The translations under genes were made by a program, and so were the position numbers. The notes under the pieces are model-generated. The model saw only the letters and a program-made list of their open reading frames with translations, had not been told where the DNA came from and searched no databases. From an uncultured euryarchaeote (GTDB lineage: Archaea; Thermoplasmatota; Poseidoniia; Poseidoniales; Poseidoniaceae), in assembly GCA_937899865.1 (NCBI GenBank), contig CALBRH010000061.1, forward strand, positions 1 through 21,261: a stretch of 21,261 nt of DNA. Reading direction: 5' to 3'. The first letter of the stretch is position 1. Each line of letters begins with the position of its first letter. This document shows, in pieces, positions 10,001-18,491 of the stretch.

Positions 10001-12985
10001 TTAGAACAAATCGATGGAACCGTTTTACCAGCAAATATTCTGTTTGAAATTAATGGTGAATCGCTTGGATTTACGGTGACAGGCGGAGTAGTTGGACAAG
10101 ATGGATTCTGGAATGCATCTATTCTTTTGTCGCCAAACTTTGCTGCAGGAAATAATACATTAGGTGCGACATATATTCCTGCAGTAAACTTCTATCTAGG
10201 TTCCAATAATACGAGTTTATTCGATAGTAGAGGATTCACTGAAATTCGATTCATAGATCCAATACTTGACTTACAAGGTCAGCCAAGTTTGAATGATAGA
10301 GTCGAGAGAGGCAATGATGTTGAAATTGAGGTTTTATTAATCGATAATACTGGTGAACCGGTTTCAGGTCAATTGATTACAATTTCACTCAATGGTACTG
10401 ATATCAATACAATTATCACGACCGCAGAGAATGGTACTGCCTTCGGAGTTTTAACAACACCTGCTAACATGTCAGTAGGTGTCAAAGATGTTAATGCAAT
10501 TTACACAGGTACATTTGGAACTACAGGTCTTTTGGGTTCAGAATCAAATACTTCATTTGTTGTACTTGCTGAAACAAATATTACGATAACAGAATATTCA
10601 GAGAGTTTGATCGCTGGTGATTATCTTACTGTCAACGGTACTCTACTAGATGACTTGGGACAGAGTTTAGCGGTTCTTGATGTTCCATCTTCAGCGGTAG
10701 TACACCTAATGATTGACGGAGCATCAGTTGCAAGTACAGAGACAGACGCATCAACTGGACAATTTAGCCTTGGATATTCCCTGCCACAGGACATTTCTGC
10801 TGGCGCTCACACCATTACAGTAGAATTCTTTGGTGGCCGAGATTGGGTAGACCCAATTGGCGTTGGAGAGCCATCAAATCCAGAATATTATCTGCCAACA
10901 TCCACAACTGTACCTTTCAATATTAGTGTGCCTACTCAAATCACCTTGCTTACACCAGGAGGCGATGTTAATCGAGAAGAAGTAATGACCATTGAAGGAT
11001 TATTACTTGATTTAGTTGATAATCCACTACCTAATTTAACAATTGAAGTTTGGTTAGACGGTGATTTCATGACGAATGTCGATACTGATGAAGACGGGTT
11101 ATTCACTGCGATATATCCAGTTTCTGCTGATGCAGAACTTGGCCCTGTTCTACTAGAAATCAGATTTAATGGAAGTACATTTTATTTGCCAAGTTATACT
11201 AATGCGACTTGGAATATCTTTAGCCATATTGTATTGAGTGTTGAAGTGCCAGAAACAGTGGCAGTTGGACAAAATATAACGATAACTGGAAGTGTGGCAG
11301 ATAATCAACTAAATCCAATTGCTGGCCATCAAGTTGAACTAATTATTGAGGGAATTACCATTACTTCCGTGACTACAGACTCATCAGGTGCATTTTCTTA
11401 CGATTGGACAGTTTCAGATCTGTTTGAATTTGGTAATAGGACAATAACAGCTTATTCTGGTAGCCAAGGCTACTACAGAGCAAATAGTACTAATGCAACA
11501 TTCTTCCTTGCTCACAGAGCAGATATGACTGTATCATTTGATAGTAATGCTCAGGTAACTAGAGGCGAACTTTGGGAAATGTCAGGAAGGCTGTTTGATA
11601 TTGATTCACTGACTAATGAAGGTTTAGAAAATGAAATCTTAGAAATATATCTTGATGGAGAGTTAGTGGCAACAACTCAAACTACAACTAATGGAGATTG
11701 GAGCGCAATTATTTTTGCCACTCAAGATTTGTCAAGAGGATTACATGAGATAGAAATTGTATTCCCAGGGACATTATCACACATCGGAACCGATGAAATG
11801 CTAATTGGCTATGTATGGGCAGACCTTGACATTTCTATTGATTCAACATCAACAACTGTAGCGATAAGGTCAGATGGAACATTTGGACCAATATCAATTA
11901 CTGGTTCTATTTCAGAAATCGGTGGAACAGGAGAAATCTTTGAGAATCTAGCAATAAATGTTGGAAATGGTACAGATTGTGAATCTCAAAGAGAAGGTGC
12001 AAGATGTATACCTTCCAGTTTGATAAATATTGATTGGCTAAATGGTAATTTTACAATAGATACTGTTATACCATCATGGTTTGAAGCAGGTTCACAATAT
12101 ATCCACTTGGATGTTCTCGAAAATAACACATACTATCTTAACAGTGAATCGATAAGTAGACAAATATTCATCAAGTTAAATGTTGATTTCGAATGGGAAA
12201 TCGCCCAAATAGATGAAAGTGGCAATAAAGATGTATTTGGTAGTATAACCATTATCGCTAATGATACAGGTCTTGGAGTACCGGGAGTTTCAGTTACTTA
12301 CACACTCAAGAATGAATCTAATGGCCAACTTGCAAACCCATTGACAGTAGTAACAGACCCTTCAGGTGTAGCAGGATTTGAATTCAATTCAGACCCTCCA
12401 TATGGTGATTATGATAGATGGGGATATGTTTACGTTGATGCAATAATTAGTGATCCAATTATCTCAGACAATAGCCAAATTCAGTTTGAAAGTTTACGCT
12501 CATCTGAGGAATTTAATCCTAAGTATAAGTTCGATGAGGAAGAAGTGAAAGTACCAACATGGGCCTATGTACTGCTCGCATTGGTTGCTATTTTGGCTGG
12601 TGTCGGAGTTGTAATTTATCTTCGAAGAGCAAATAATGAATTATTACAAGAGGCAGCAGAAGTATTTGCTTATACTGCTGAACTTCTAGCTGCTGGAGAT
12701 TCGATTAGAGAAGCAATTTTCAATTGTTATCAAAATCTATGTACTGTTTTACAACAAAATGGCTTCCTAAGAAGGGATTTCGAAACTGTAAGAGAATTCG
12801 AAGTTGCGATTAGACAAGCCATGCCACAAATCTCGGATGACGCCTTATTGGCACTTGACAATATGTTCGAAATGGCAAGGTACAGTCGTGATGAAATGGG
12901 TGCTCAACATCAGCAAGCAGCACAGATGGCTTTGGAAAAGATGATTCAAGAGATCGCAAACCTAAGCGCGATACCTAACAGATGA
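4064..12985 (+). CDS. Giant (2973 aa) surface protein: signal peptide, DxDxDG Ca-binding repeats, transglutaminase-like domain, Ig-like repeats, TM helix, DUF4129-like cytoplasmic domain
   Basis: About 20 DxDxDG-like motifs in aa ~50-740. TGase-like motifs GQCKDYNTAFVTMARIAGLPARYVTGY (Cys969) and GWVPFD (Asp1035). About 1750 aa of beta-rich repeats. TM WAYVLLALVAILAGVGVVIYL from aa 2833. C-terminal YQNL...ETVREF...FEMARYS matches the DUF4129 pattern as recalled. Confidence 0.9.
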   Translation: MRKRYIVSQPAANLQIVKHKDAIKSLSLIALMLLSTIASINFFAIDASASSTDQDGDGLTYGLEYLINSFPNDPDTDNDGLPDGWEWKYGLDPLSSANDDGAVGDPDGDGMSNLQEYNYLMPSGWDNPATPNLLDNGIWWNGTVPVNNWNEEDSLQYLRPLCGDAGSDGNGNTILCDEDPVGNICANGFDDDQDGLLDSADPDGDGDADCSSDDDDGDGLIDEDVNGWDTDGDGMPDGWEAANGLNATSPSNFDGPNGDPDGDGLNNLLEYINPTWNTMCGSIPCFRPGTEGNPTETTSPCDPVTGVGPGGCATYTAEVDGITSTNPQRADSDNDGLNDSYEALVLLTDPTASDTDNDGIPDGVEVNGLYGNPPQASDPRNNNTDGDALDDGEEDNNSNGVLDPGETDPTRKEDSGDEDQDGIQNWEENLSCTLWNVADSDFGGVNDGDELNVTHGTDPCDSFINFETTINSWDSGNSLLSIQDVSGFNPNGGEGWYNLSGTLTPFTYERVSGQALVAVSTGPSPGVTQVVNRNGSFCHTDATAAGTLTTTQQYCDDDYEDSDGDGLADWEEILGVYGWFSNPSQVDTDSDGVSDFDEVFDFTDPNEPCNNLLDDDNDNLNNYFEDTIGCDLIWIGIGNGSTDAWVTNPTVFDTDSGGVDDRTEYFDGTNPESNPLDDVLPEDFDGDGIPDAIENLTGTDWTNPDTDGGGMLDGDECPIAFWGTLCTNSPYDPFDPTDDIVEDGVVFWANNTTGEVDINQIHRWRLNTNDFYTGSTYANLQDIHPFSPILTNVDNSSQLPDDSFSNSTIDWEITYRELIGLGNIPVSSYYRNLTFWSDPAATLLRSNDTHNIKVDLGEINRLNLRQEEYFFDWDSLAANTIVSQDFDYQLVVPSEFDDQQSSEYFVTQTVNSVTQNATSQDAYTVAKSLSDFLRLGNETFEFNLYHTPVSNPTGQDITSYVLQSGFGQCKDYNTAFVTMARIAGLPARYVTGYVGGEWNGAGYTVSTQDYSSWGEVKLSFDSGSGEIDLGWVPFDSCPASENLTILNQTISPFTIDRDLSDTFNFSGQFVFADNSTPIANYDLSAYLVPLANPQAELVEEMLVGEVQTDGNGNFSFNDSLSISLNPGVYSLLIRHGAFELISQNVILFSSWLNLTDDSVITHEFPLVIGAPVVGAGSTTTIQGQISYENSPEDYSFESGDVNIYLTFISSFNGTNNLSGLVTPSGAWSVNVELDETETLGIINAELWFEGWVEEFDPPIAISEHHLRPSNLSIRLDVREAPNLTATVEGPLSNKSILVVDQDIWVNGSAQSLGPSPTDMEGQLVLSMRENGSFSSWSEIFNITVNGTFSIQQQLTAQLANFGAGEVEVRLRFIPVSIQATDDANLSSSAPYKLKSFLQFEFESTSQLRGYDGSFGVSVLDHRGEPVRSTVGDFDFFFNNSWFNTTSNISGQFQKVINLDANLTADDYVIGVVYNGSDDYSPSTGTGFLRVKAEIGWNITISQNWTHLGDSLWINGTIFDGVYQTPILGDNISQYSLVLVTEDERIVDLAQGIVDNQTSTFSENITIPNNLPSNAYDVEIRFDFYSQQPEGGPYYASEDPIVDESTGSISALPTPVVLVGIESEFVVSLAEERERTTLTNNDIELSAIVGDLADLSLLQGVSVDFYFDYNSTNVSMGSSVSDPNGFANLTWTAAGIAPGLYDILIVVADDLTDPLAKGNSRRTGNSTVINVTIQGNTDIRIDSIPSNVIAGVDFNVVGQVIDDDDNSRVLVESVNLRVNWLNNENETLVSSYTTTTNGSFNMSVPTDTLNNGTVRGAKTLVISVVEDSSKLYLTSSVETPVFVLGVTQFESIQPLNAIVVNRGDSVNITSRLVESSNLFQPLSSYDVNYKFRGSSIGTVLTDNEGFANITHTIPFTQPLGLTNVEITFAGTIDLVGSNANFSTINVRSLTFLVIDDITANPVAGELFNISGQITSDNGSGLEQIDGTVLPANILFEINGESLGFTVTGGVVGQDGFWNASILLSPNFAAGNNTLGATYIPAVNFYLGSNNTSLFDSRGFTEIRFIDPILDLQGQPSLNDRVERGNDVEIEVLLIDNTGEPVSGQLITISLNGTDINTIITTAENGTAFGVLTTPANMSVGVKDVNAIYTGTFGTTGLLGSESNTSFVVLAETNITITEYSESLIAGDYLTVNGTLLDDLGQSLAVLDVPSSAVVHLMIDGASVASTETDASTGQFSLGYSLPQDISAGAHTITVEFFGGRDWVDPIGVGEPSNPEYYLPTSTTVPFNISVPTQITLLTPGGDVNREEVMTIEGLLLDLVDNPLPNLTIEVWLDGDFMTNVDTDEDGLFTAIYPVSADAELGPVLLEIRFNGSTFYLPSYTNATWNIFSHIVLSVEVPETVAVGQNITITGSVADNQLNPIAGHQVELIIEGITITSVTTDSSGAFSYDWTVSDLFEFGNRTITAYSGSQGYYRANSTNATFFLAHRADMTVSFDSNAQVTRGELWEMSGRLFDIDSLTNEGLENEILEIYLDGELVATTQTTTNGDWSAIIFATQDLSRGLHEIEIVFPGTLSHIGTDEMLIGYVWADLDISIDSTSTTVAIRSDGTFGPISITGSISEIGGTGEIFENLAINVGNGTDCESQREGARCIPSSLINIDWLNGNFTIDTVIPSWFEAGSQYIHLDVLENNTYYLNSESISRQIFIKLNVDFEWEIAQIDESGNKDVFGSITIIANDTGLGVPGVSVTYTLKNESNGQLANPLTVVTDPSGVAGFEFNSDPPYGDYDRWGYVYVDAIISDPIISDNSQIQFESLRSSEEFNPKYKFDEEEVKVPTWAYVLLALVAILAGVGVVIYLRRANNELLQEAAEVFAYTAELLAAGDSIREAIFNCYQNLCTVLQQNGFLRRDFETVREFEVAIRQAMPQISDDALLALDNMFEMARYSRDEMGAQHQQAAQMALEKMIQEIANLSAIPNR

Positions 12986-12988
12986 TAT

Positions 12989-13468
12989 TCACCATCTAAG
13001 GTATAGTCTGTTATTGTAAAAGTTGGCTTGTATATTAAATTCAGGTGAATCATTTGGAATATTCATGATTCGTTCAAGTTCTTGGCCGTCTTTTTCAGTA
13101 AGGTTAAGTTTGATTACAGACTCATTCTCACTTGTTTTTTGATAAATCTCAATATCTTCAATTTCTAATCCTTTCAATGGTATAGATAAGCCATCGGGAT
13201 TTAACCTACCGTTAAGTTCTTTGACAAACCAGTCTAGTTTTCGACTTGGCTCTGTACTTGCAATATGGTCTTCTGGAATCATGCCCGAACTGACTAAGAC
13301 TTGCAAGTGTCTATCTTCGACTTCGGTCAAGTGATCAGCATCTTTCCAGAAATTAGTGTGTAGGTTTTGTACATCACTCTCTAGGCCACCGTAGTCTAGA
13401 TTTTCTAAATCTTCGATGAAAGATTCTGGTTTGTCGTCTGAAATATCAACCAACTCCCAGTCTGTCAT
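12989..13468 (-). CDS. Hypothetical acidic protein (159 aa)
   Basis: ORF with a strong archaeal SD (GAGGTGAT, 13472-13479) just upstream of ATG; co-oriented with and downstream of the helicase; converges on the giant gene with a 3-bp gap. Confidence 0.75.
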   Translation of the reverse strand: MTDWELVDISDDKPESFIEDLENLDYGGLESDVQNLHTNFWKDADHLTEVEDRHLQVLVSSGMIPEDHIASTEPSRKLDWFVKELNGRLNPDGLSIPLKGLEIEDIEIYQKTSENESVIKLNLTEKDGQELERIMNIPNDSPEFNIQANFYNNRLYLRW

Positions 13469-13513
13469 GCCATCACCTCAGCGACAAACCTCAATGAACC
13501 TTTTTATTGGATT

Positions 13514-15556
13514 TCAAACTCTCTTCACTCTTCTAAAGAATCTCTTGGCAAATGCTTTTGTTGAATTTGGGTCATTGGAAGTATTCATTTTCATAGCATG
13601 TGGATAACATTCACGATATATTCGGTTGTCATTTCTATTATCTAATAACAGGATTAACGCTCTATCTTCTACCGATCTAATTGGTCTGCCCATCGCCTGT
13701 AAAATAGCGTTAATTGCAGGTTGTGTTACTGTGTATCGCCAAGCATTTTGACTACCAAATTTATCGGAGATGTATTCCTTCAAAGAGTCAGATAAAACGG
13801 AAGGCGGCGGATTAGGTATGCCGATGCAGACAACTGAGCCAAGTACACCATCATCATAATCAATTCCTTCAGATAGTCTTGCCCCAAATACTCCACACAA
13901 CAATACCCGATTACCATTTTTCCGTTCATTTTTTAGTTTTGCAACGACTCTATCAATGTCATCTTTTACCCAATCTCTTGATTCGGTTATTTTAGTAACT
14001 CCGGAAAAAAATATTCCGCCAAGAATTTCATCCAATAATCTGTAAGATGGACAAAATACTGCTATGTGGTCTTCACTATGCTCAATCAATGCTTGAATGT
14101 GAGCTCTAATTTTATTCCACATGTCCTCAGATCTCTGATTATATTTTGTTGTAACATCTCGAGCGACTAAAACAGGTCTTCTTTCTCCGGCAAAAGGTGA
14201 TACATACGATGTTTTAGTTGTCAGGTTTTTTGGCAAAGCAAGTATGTCAGCATACATAGATGGAGGGTGAAGTGTACCGGACATGAGGATGGAACCTGCT
14301 GATTTTGAAAATAGGGGTCCTGATAATATTCCAGGGTCCAGCAGGTGAGTAGTAATTTTTCCTTCTTTTCCTTTAGGAGAGAATACCATACAAAGTGCAG
14401 TGGTATTACCAAATCTAATTATTGATTCGACAATATGGGAAATTCTGTGGGCATCTGGTTCACTTGAATCTTCATCATCTTCAACTTCAACACTTACTTG
14501 GCTTAAGGTGTAGGCTAATTTTTCAAATCGATTTTGAGTTGGTGATTTTGCTTGGAAATCATTTTCTGAATCAAGTTTCATTTGTCCTGATACTCCTTCA
14601 TATTCATTGCAAGCTGCATGAATTAATTTAGTAAAGTCATCAATTTTAACTATTGATTCTTCATCTTCATTCACCTTTTCATGTAAGGTTTTGAAGTAAT
14701 TTGCCATTTTGACACGTAGCAACTTGATTACTTCAAATGCCCAACTCACATCTTCAAGTAATTGTGGAGATGAGTTTGATGAACTTCTCATCGCTATATT
14801 TTCTAAACTACCCATAAATTCCTCTAATTCCATTGCAGCATTTCTAACAATAATAGGAGTTATTACTCGCTCCATACTCATCCTTATTCTATCAGGTAAA
14901 TTGTGCGCTTCATCAACAATGATTATTGAATTCTGTAATGATACACCCATGGATGGTAGCGAATTCTCTCTTACTTGTTCAGCAAAAACATGATTATAAT
15001 CGCAGACTAAAATATCACAATCTTTCACTGCACTTCGACAAGTTTGCCATGCACAAACACCAAAAGTTTTGGATTTTTCAACAATATCAAACACATGACG
15101 TGGTTCTTGAAGAATGTAATTTCTAACATCTTCTTTCAATCTTGCTCTAGCAGATTCACTTGACCCTTGCTCACATAGGCATCGACCTGTTTGTATGTCA
15201 ACCACTTCGCACATCGATTCTCTTCCAATGATATCAACGACTTTGATATCACGATGGGTATTTCCAAGTCTTGAGTTAATTTTTCTAACAGTCTCTATGA
15301 CTATTTTGTGTTGAGATTGTCGCCCGGTTAAGAATAGTATGTGTGGTTTTGTCGAGGTATTCATTGCAACTTCTAATGCAGCAGCGATTGAAGCAGCGGT
15401 TTTTCCAATACCAGTTGGAGCAGCTGCAATATGATGGCCTTTGTTTCTTAATGATTCACGACATTCTCTAATCATGTCAATTTGTCCAGGACGAGGTTTG
15501 TCATGGGCTAAAAACGGGAATTCATCGATACCGATATCTGGATTATTTCCCGCCAT
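13514..15556 (-). CDS. xpd: XPD/Rad3/DinG-family SF2 5'-3' DNA helicase with Fe-S domain
   Basis: Q motif RPGQ, Walker A APTGIGKT, Walker B DEAH, SGT motif III, SEGID motif V, QAMGRPIR motif VI; candidate Fe-S cysteines C116, C126, C128, C168. Confidence 0.9.
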   Translation of the reverse strand: MAGNNPDIGIDEFPFLAHDKPRPGQIDMIRECRESLRNKGHHIAAAPTGIGKTAASIAAALEVAMNTSTKPHILFLTGRQSQHKIVIETVRKINSRLGNTHRDIKVVDIIGRESMCEVVDIQTGRCLCEQGSSESARARLKEDVRNYILQEPRHVFDIVEKSKTFGVCAWQTCRSAVKDCDILVCDYNHVFAEQVRENSLPSMGVSLQNSIIIVDEAHNLPDRIRMSMERVITPIIVRNAAMELEEFMGSLENIAMRSSSNSSPQLLEDVSWAFEVIKLLRVKMANYFKTLHEKVNEDEESIVKIDDFTKLIHAACNEYEGVSGQMKLDSENDFQAKSPTQNRFEKLAYTLSQVSVEVEDDEDSSEPDAHRISHIVESIIRFGNTTALCMVFSPKGKEGKITTHLLDPGILSGPLFSKSAGSILMSGTLHPPSMYADILALPKNLTTKTSYVSPFAGERRPVLVARDVTTKYNQRSEDMWNKIRAHIQALIEHSEDHIAVFCPSYRLLDEILGGIFFSGVTKITESRDWVKDDIDRVVAKLKNERKNGNRVLLCGVFGARLSEGIDYDDGVLGSVVCIGIPNPPPSVLSDSLKEYISDKFGSQNAWRYTVTQPAINAILQAMGRPIRSVEDRALILLLDNRNDNRIYRECYPHAMKMNTSNDPNSTKAFAKRFFRRVKRV

Positions 15557-15621
15557 AACTTACAGCCAATGTCGGCGATTCTAAAGGATTCGCCTCGCGG
15601 CTGCACTAATATTGAATAGAT

Positions 15622-15772
15622 GTGCCCAGTAAAGTGGGGTCTGGACACGTGGGAACCACCAATCAGCTTGCTGGGGTGGAATTTGAGTCCCCCCAGCCGC
15701 CTCCATGGGGGGGAAAAGGAGAATCTCTGTTAGATGCTCCTTCGTCTGATCCATCACGTGCAAGGCGGGCAC
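15622..15772. ncRNA. Candidate structured non-coding RNA of unknown family
   Basis: 58% GC (88/151, hand count) in a low-GC window. Nested complementary segments: GTGCCC/GGGCAC (15622-27/15767-72), CACGTG/CACGTG (15646-51/15755-60), ATCAG/CTGAT (15662-66/15746-50), with inner hairpins GCTGGGG/CCCCAGC and AAGGAG/CTCCTT. Confidence 0.4.
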
Positions 15773-15863
15773 GTATCCTTAAATTGTTGATAGTGATGAA
15801 GTTGGATCTATCTTCATCGCCACCGAGGGTAGCATTACGATTGTTATTTTCGTTATGCTTCAT
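15663..15863 (-). CDS. Possible small hypothetical protein (66 aa); competes with the ncRNA interpretation
   Basis: ATG preceded by GAGGGG about 8 nt upstream, 26 bp after the RHH gene stop. No recognisable domain, and its 3' half overlaps the foldable GC-rich element. Confidence 0.25.
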   Translation of the reverse strand: MKHNENNNRNATLGGDEDRSNFITINNLRIRARLARDGSDEGASNRDSPFPPHGGGWGDSNSTPAS

Positions 15864-15889
15864 TTTCCCATCCCCTCTGCACTCTCACC

Positions 15890-16261
15890 TTATTCTTGGT
15901 ATTCTTGGCTTTTCAACGTCAAGGCTCTAGATTCTTCTAGAGCTTTTTCGAGTAGTAATGTTTCCTCAGCTCTTGCAACTGATTCTTTAATGTATAATTT
16001 CAAACCTTCAAGAGCCGCTTGCTCTTTACTTGTGCCTTCTAGTTCGTATAGCATCTCTAAATGCATCTTATCTCTTCTACCTAAGGCAATTTTGATTGTA
16101 TCCATATCTGGTAGTTTTGGTTGTCCTCTAAGATACTCTTGGATTGCAAGTCTGACTACATCGGATCTATTTCTGGCACCCAATTGGCCAATTTTAGCAT
16201 CGATTAGCATCAAATCCTCTTCATTGATACGAAGAGAGATGTGTTGACTAGGTGCTCCCAT
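15890..16261 (-). CDS. Ribbon-helix-helix (CopG/MetJ/Arc-like) DNA-binding protein, probably two RHH units in tandem
   Basis: ISLRINEEDLMLIDAKIGQLGARNRSDVVRLAIQEYL is a typical RHH (alternating beta strand, NRS-x-x-I/V-R helix). A second similar unit follows (TIKIALG...KEQAALEGLKLYIKE). GAGG SD upstream. Confidence 0.85.
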   Translation of the reverse strand: MGAPSQHISLRINEEDLMLIDAKIGQLGARNRSDVVRLAIQEYLRGQPKLPDMDTIKIALGRRDKMHLEMLYELEGTSKEQAALEGLKLYIKESVARAEETLLLEKALEESRALTLKSQEYQE

Positions 16262-16293
16262 GTGTCTTCCTCAACCAGTCGTAGTACAGTCAG

Positions 16294-16301
16294 CATATAA
16301 A
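16294..16301 (-). promoter_or_regulatory. Archaeal TATA box for the RHH gene
   Basis: TTTATATG on the minus strand about 33 nt upstream of ATG 16261, with purine-rich sequence further upstream. Confidence 0.55.
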
Positions 16302-16454
16302 TGTGTTCATTTTGGTGACGAATCGTAACACGCTGGTAACACAGTCTAATTCGCCTTTACATTTGAAACTTATGGCTCGCAGTAACTTGAATAAATGAAT
16401 TGATTTCGTCATCTAACTGATAGAATGATATACCTTGAACGGTTACAATGTATT

Positions 16455-16904
16455 ATGAGCGTAACACCAAGTCGTGGCTTGTATCTTTATCTGAGAACTC
16501 TCAAAATTGCGATGAATGATGAAATTGTTACTGATGATGAAGCATCAATACTTCATGTGCTAGCCAATGCTCTTGGAGTTTCACCAGGCGACACAGCAGA
16601 GTGCCTATCTATAGTTAGAGGTGAAGAGAAGAATCCATTCGATGATTTAGAAGAAGATTATTCTGGACATCACTTAGGAGATATTACAACATACCAAAGT
16701 GCACTTATTGCAGCACTTGATGATGAAGTTATTACTGAGGATGAATGGTCTATGCTTGATGTACTTCGCAAAATAATAGGAATGCAGCCAGACCAACATG
16801 CAATGATCGAAGAATCAATTAGGGCTATGTCTGAAGTTGATGACAAAGGCGAAAGGAGAATCGAGCGATTAAACCGTTTTAGCACCGTTTGCCCTTTCAA
16901 TTAA
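16455..16904 (+). CDS. TerB-like helical protein with an internal duplication
   Basis: Track ORF 16425-16904; second Met (16455) preferred. Two copies of A-x-x-D-x-x-(V/I)-T-x-D-E-x-x-x-L-x-x-L-x-x-x-x-G (AMNDEIVTDDEASILHVLANALG / ALDDEVITEDEWSMLDVLRKIIG), the pattern recalled for TerB-like folds. Confidence 0.6.
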   Translation: MSVTPSRGLYLYLRTLKIAMNDEIVTDDEASILHVLANALGVSPGDTAECLSIVRGEEKNPFDDLEEDYSGHHLGDITTYQSALIAALDDEVITEDEWSMLDVLRKIIGMQPDQHAMIEESIRAMSEVDDKGERRIERLNRFSTVCPFN

Positions 16905-16943
16905 AATTAACCAATTCTAACTAAATAATGGGGCAATCATTAG

Positions 16944-18347
<1,404 letters not shown>

Positions 18348-18374
18348 TTTTCTAATCACTCAATGTATAGAGCT

Positions 18375-18466
18375 CCATACAGAGGGTAGCGTCTGTATCG
18401 GCCCACTGAATCCCCTTTGTATCGGAAAATAAAATGCAAAGGGGTTTGGGATAACCCCTTGCAACT
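18375..18466. repeat. Cluster 1 of the degenerate 12-bp box CCCTTTGWAWCG (6 copies, both orientations)
   Basis: Boxes at 18375(rev), 18389, 18402, 18413 (exact CCCTTTGTATCG), 18432(rev), 18455; hairpins ATACAGA/TCTGTAT and CCCCTTTG/CAAAGGGG. Confidence 0.75.
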
Positions 18467-18491
18467 TATCCAAATCAGTTTGTTGATTGAA

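Noticed and set aside
15600-15830. Known RNAs (SRP, RNase P, 5S rRNA, tRNA, FMN/TPP/cobalamin/SAM/fluoride riboswitches, hammerhead)
   Set aside because: Only partial look-alikes (e.g. GGGGTGGAATT; TCAGACGAAGGAGCA on the minus strand); complete diagnostic motifs were not found by eye on either strand.
13416-16247. Short overlapping ORFs around xpd and the RHH gene (13416-13607, 14221-14412, 14422-14631, 14709-14993, 14926-15126, 15581-15772, 15622-15930, 15855-16247)
   Set aside because: They overlap better-supported genes or the structured element and have no recognisable motifs.
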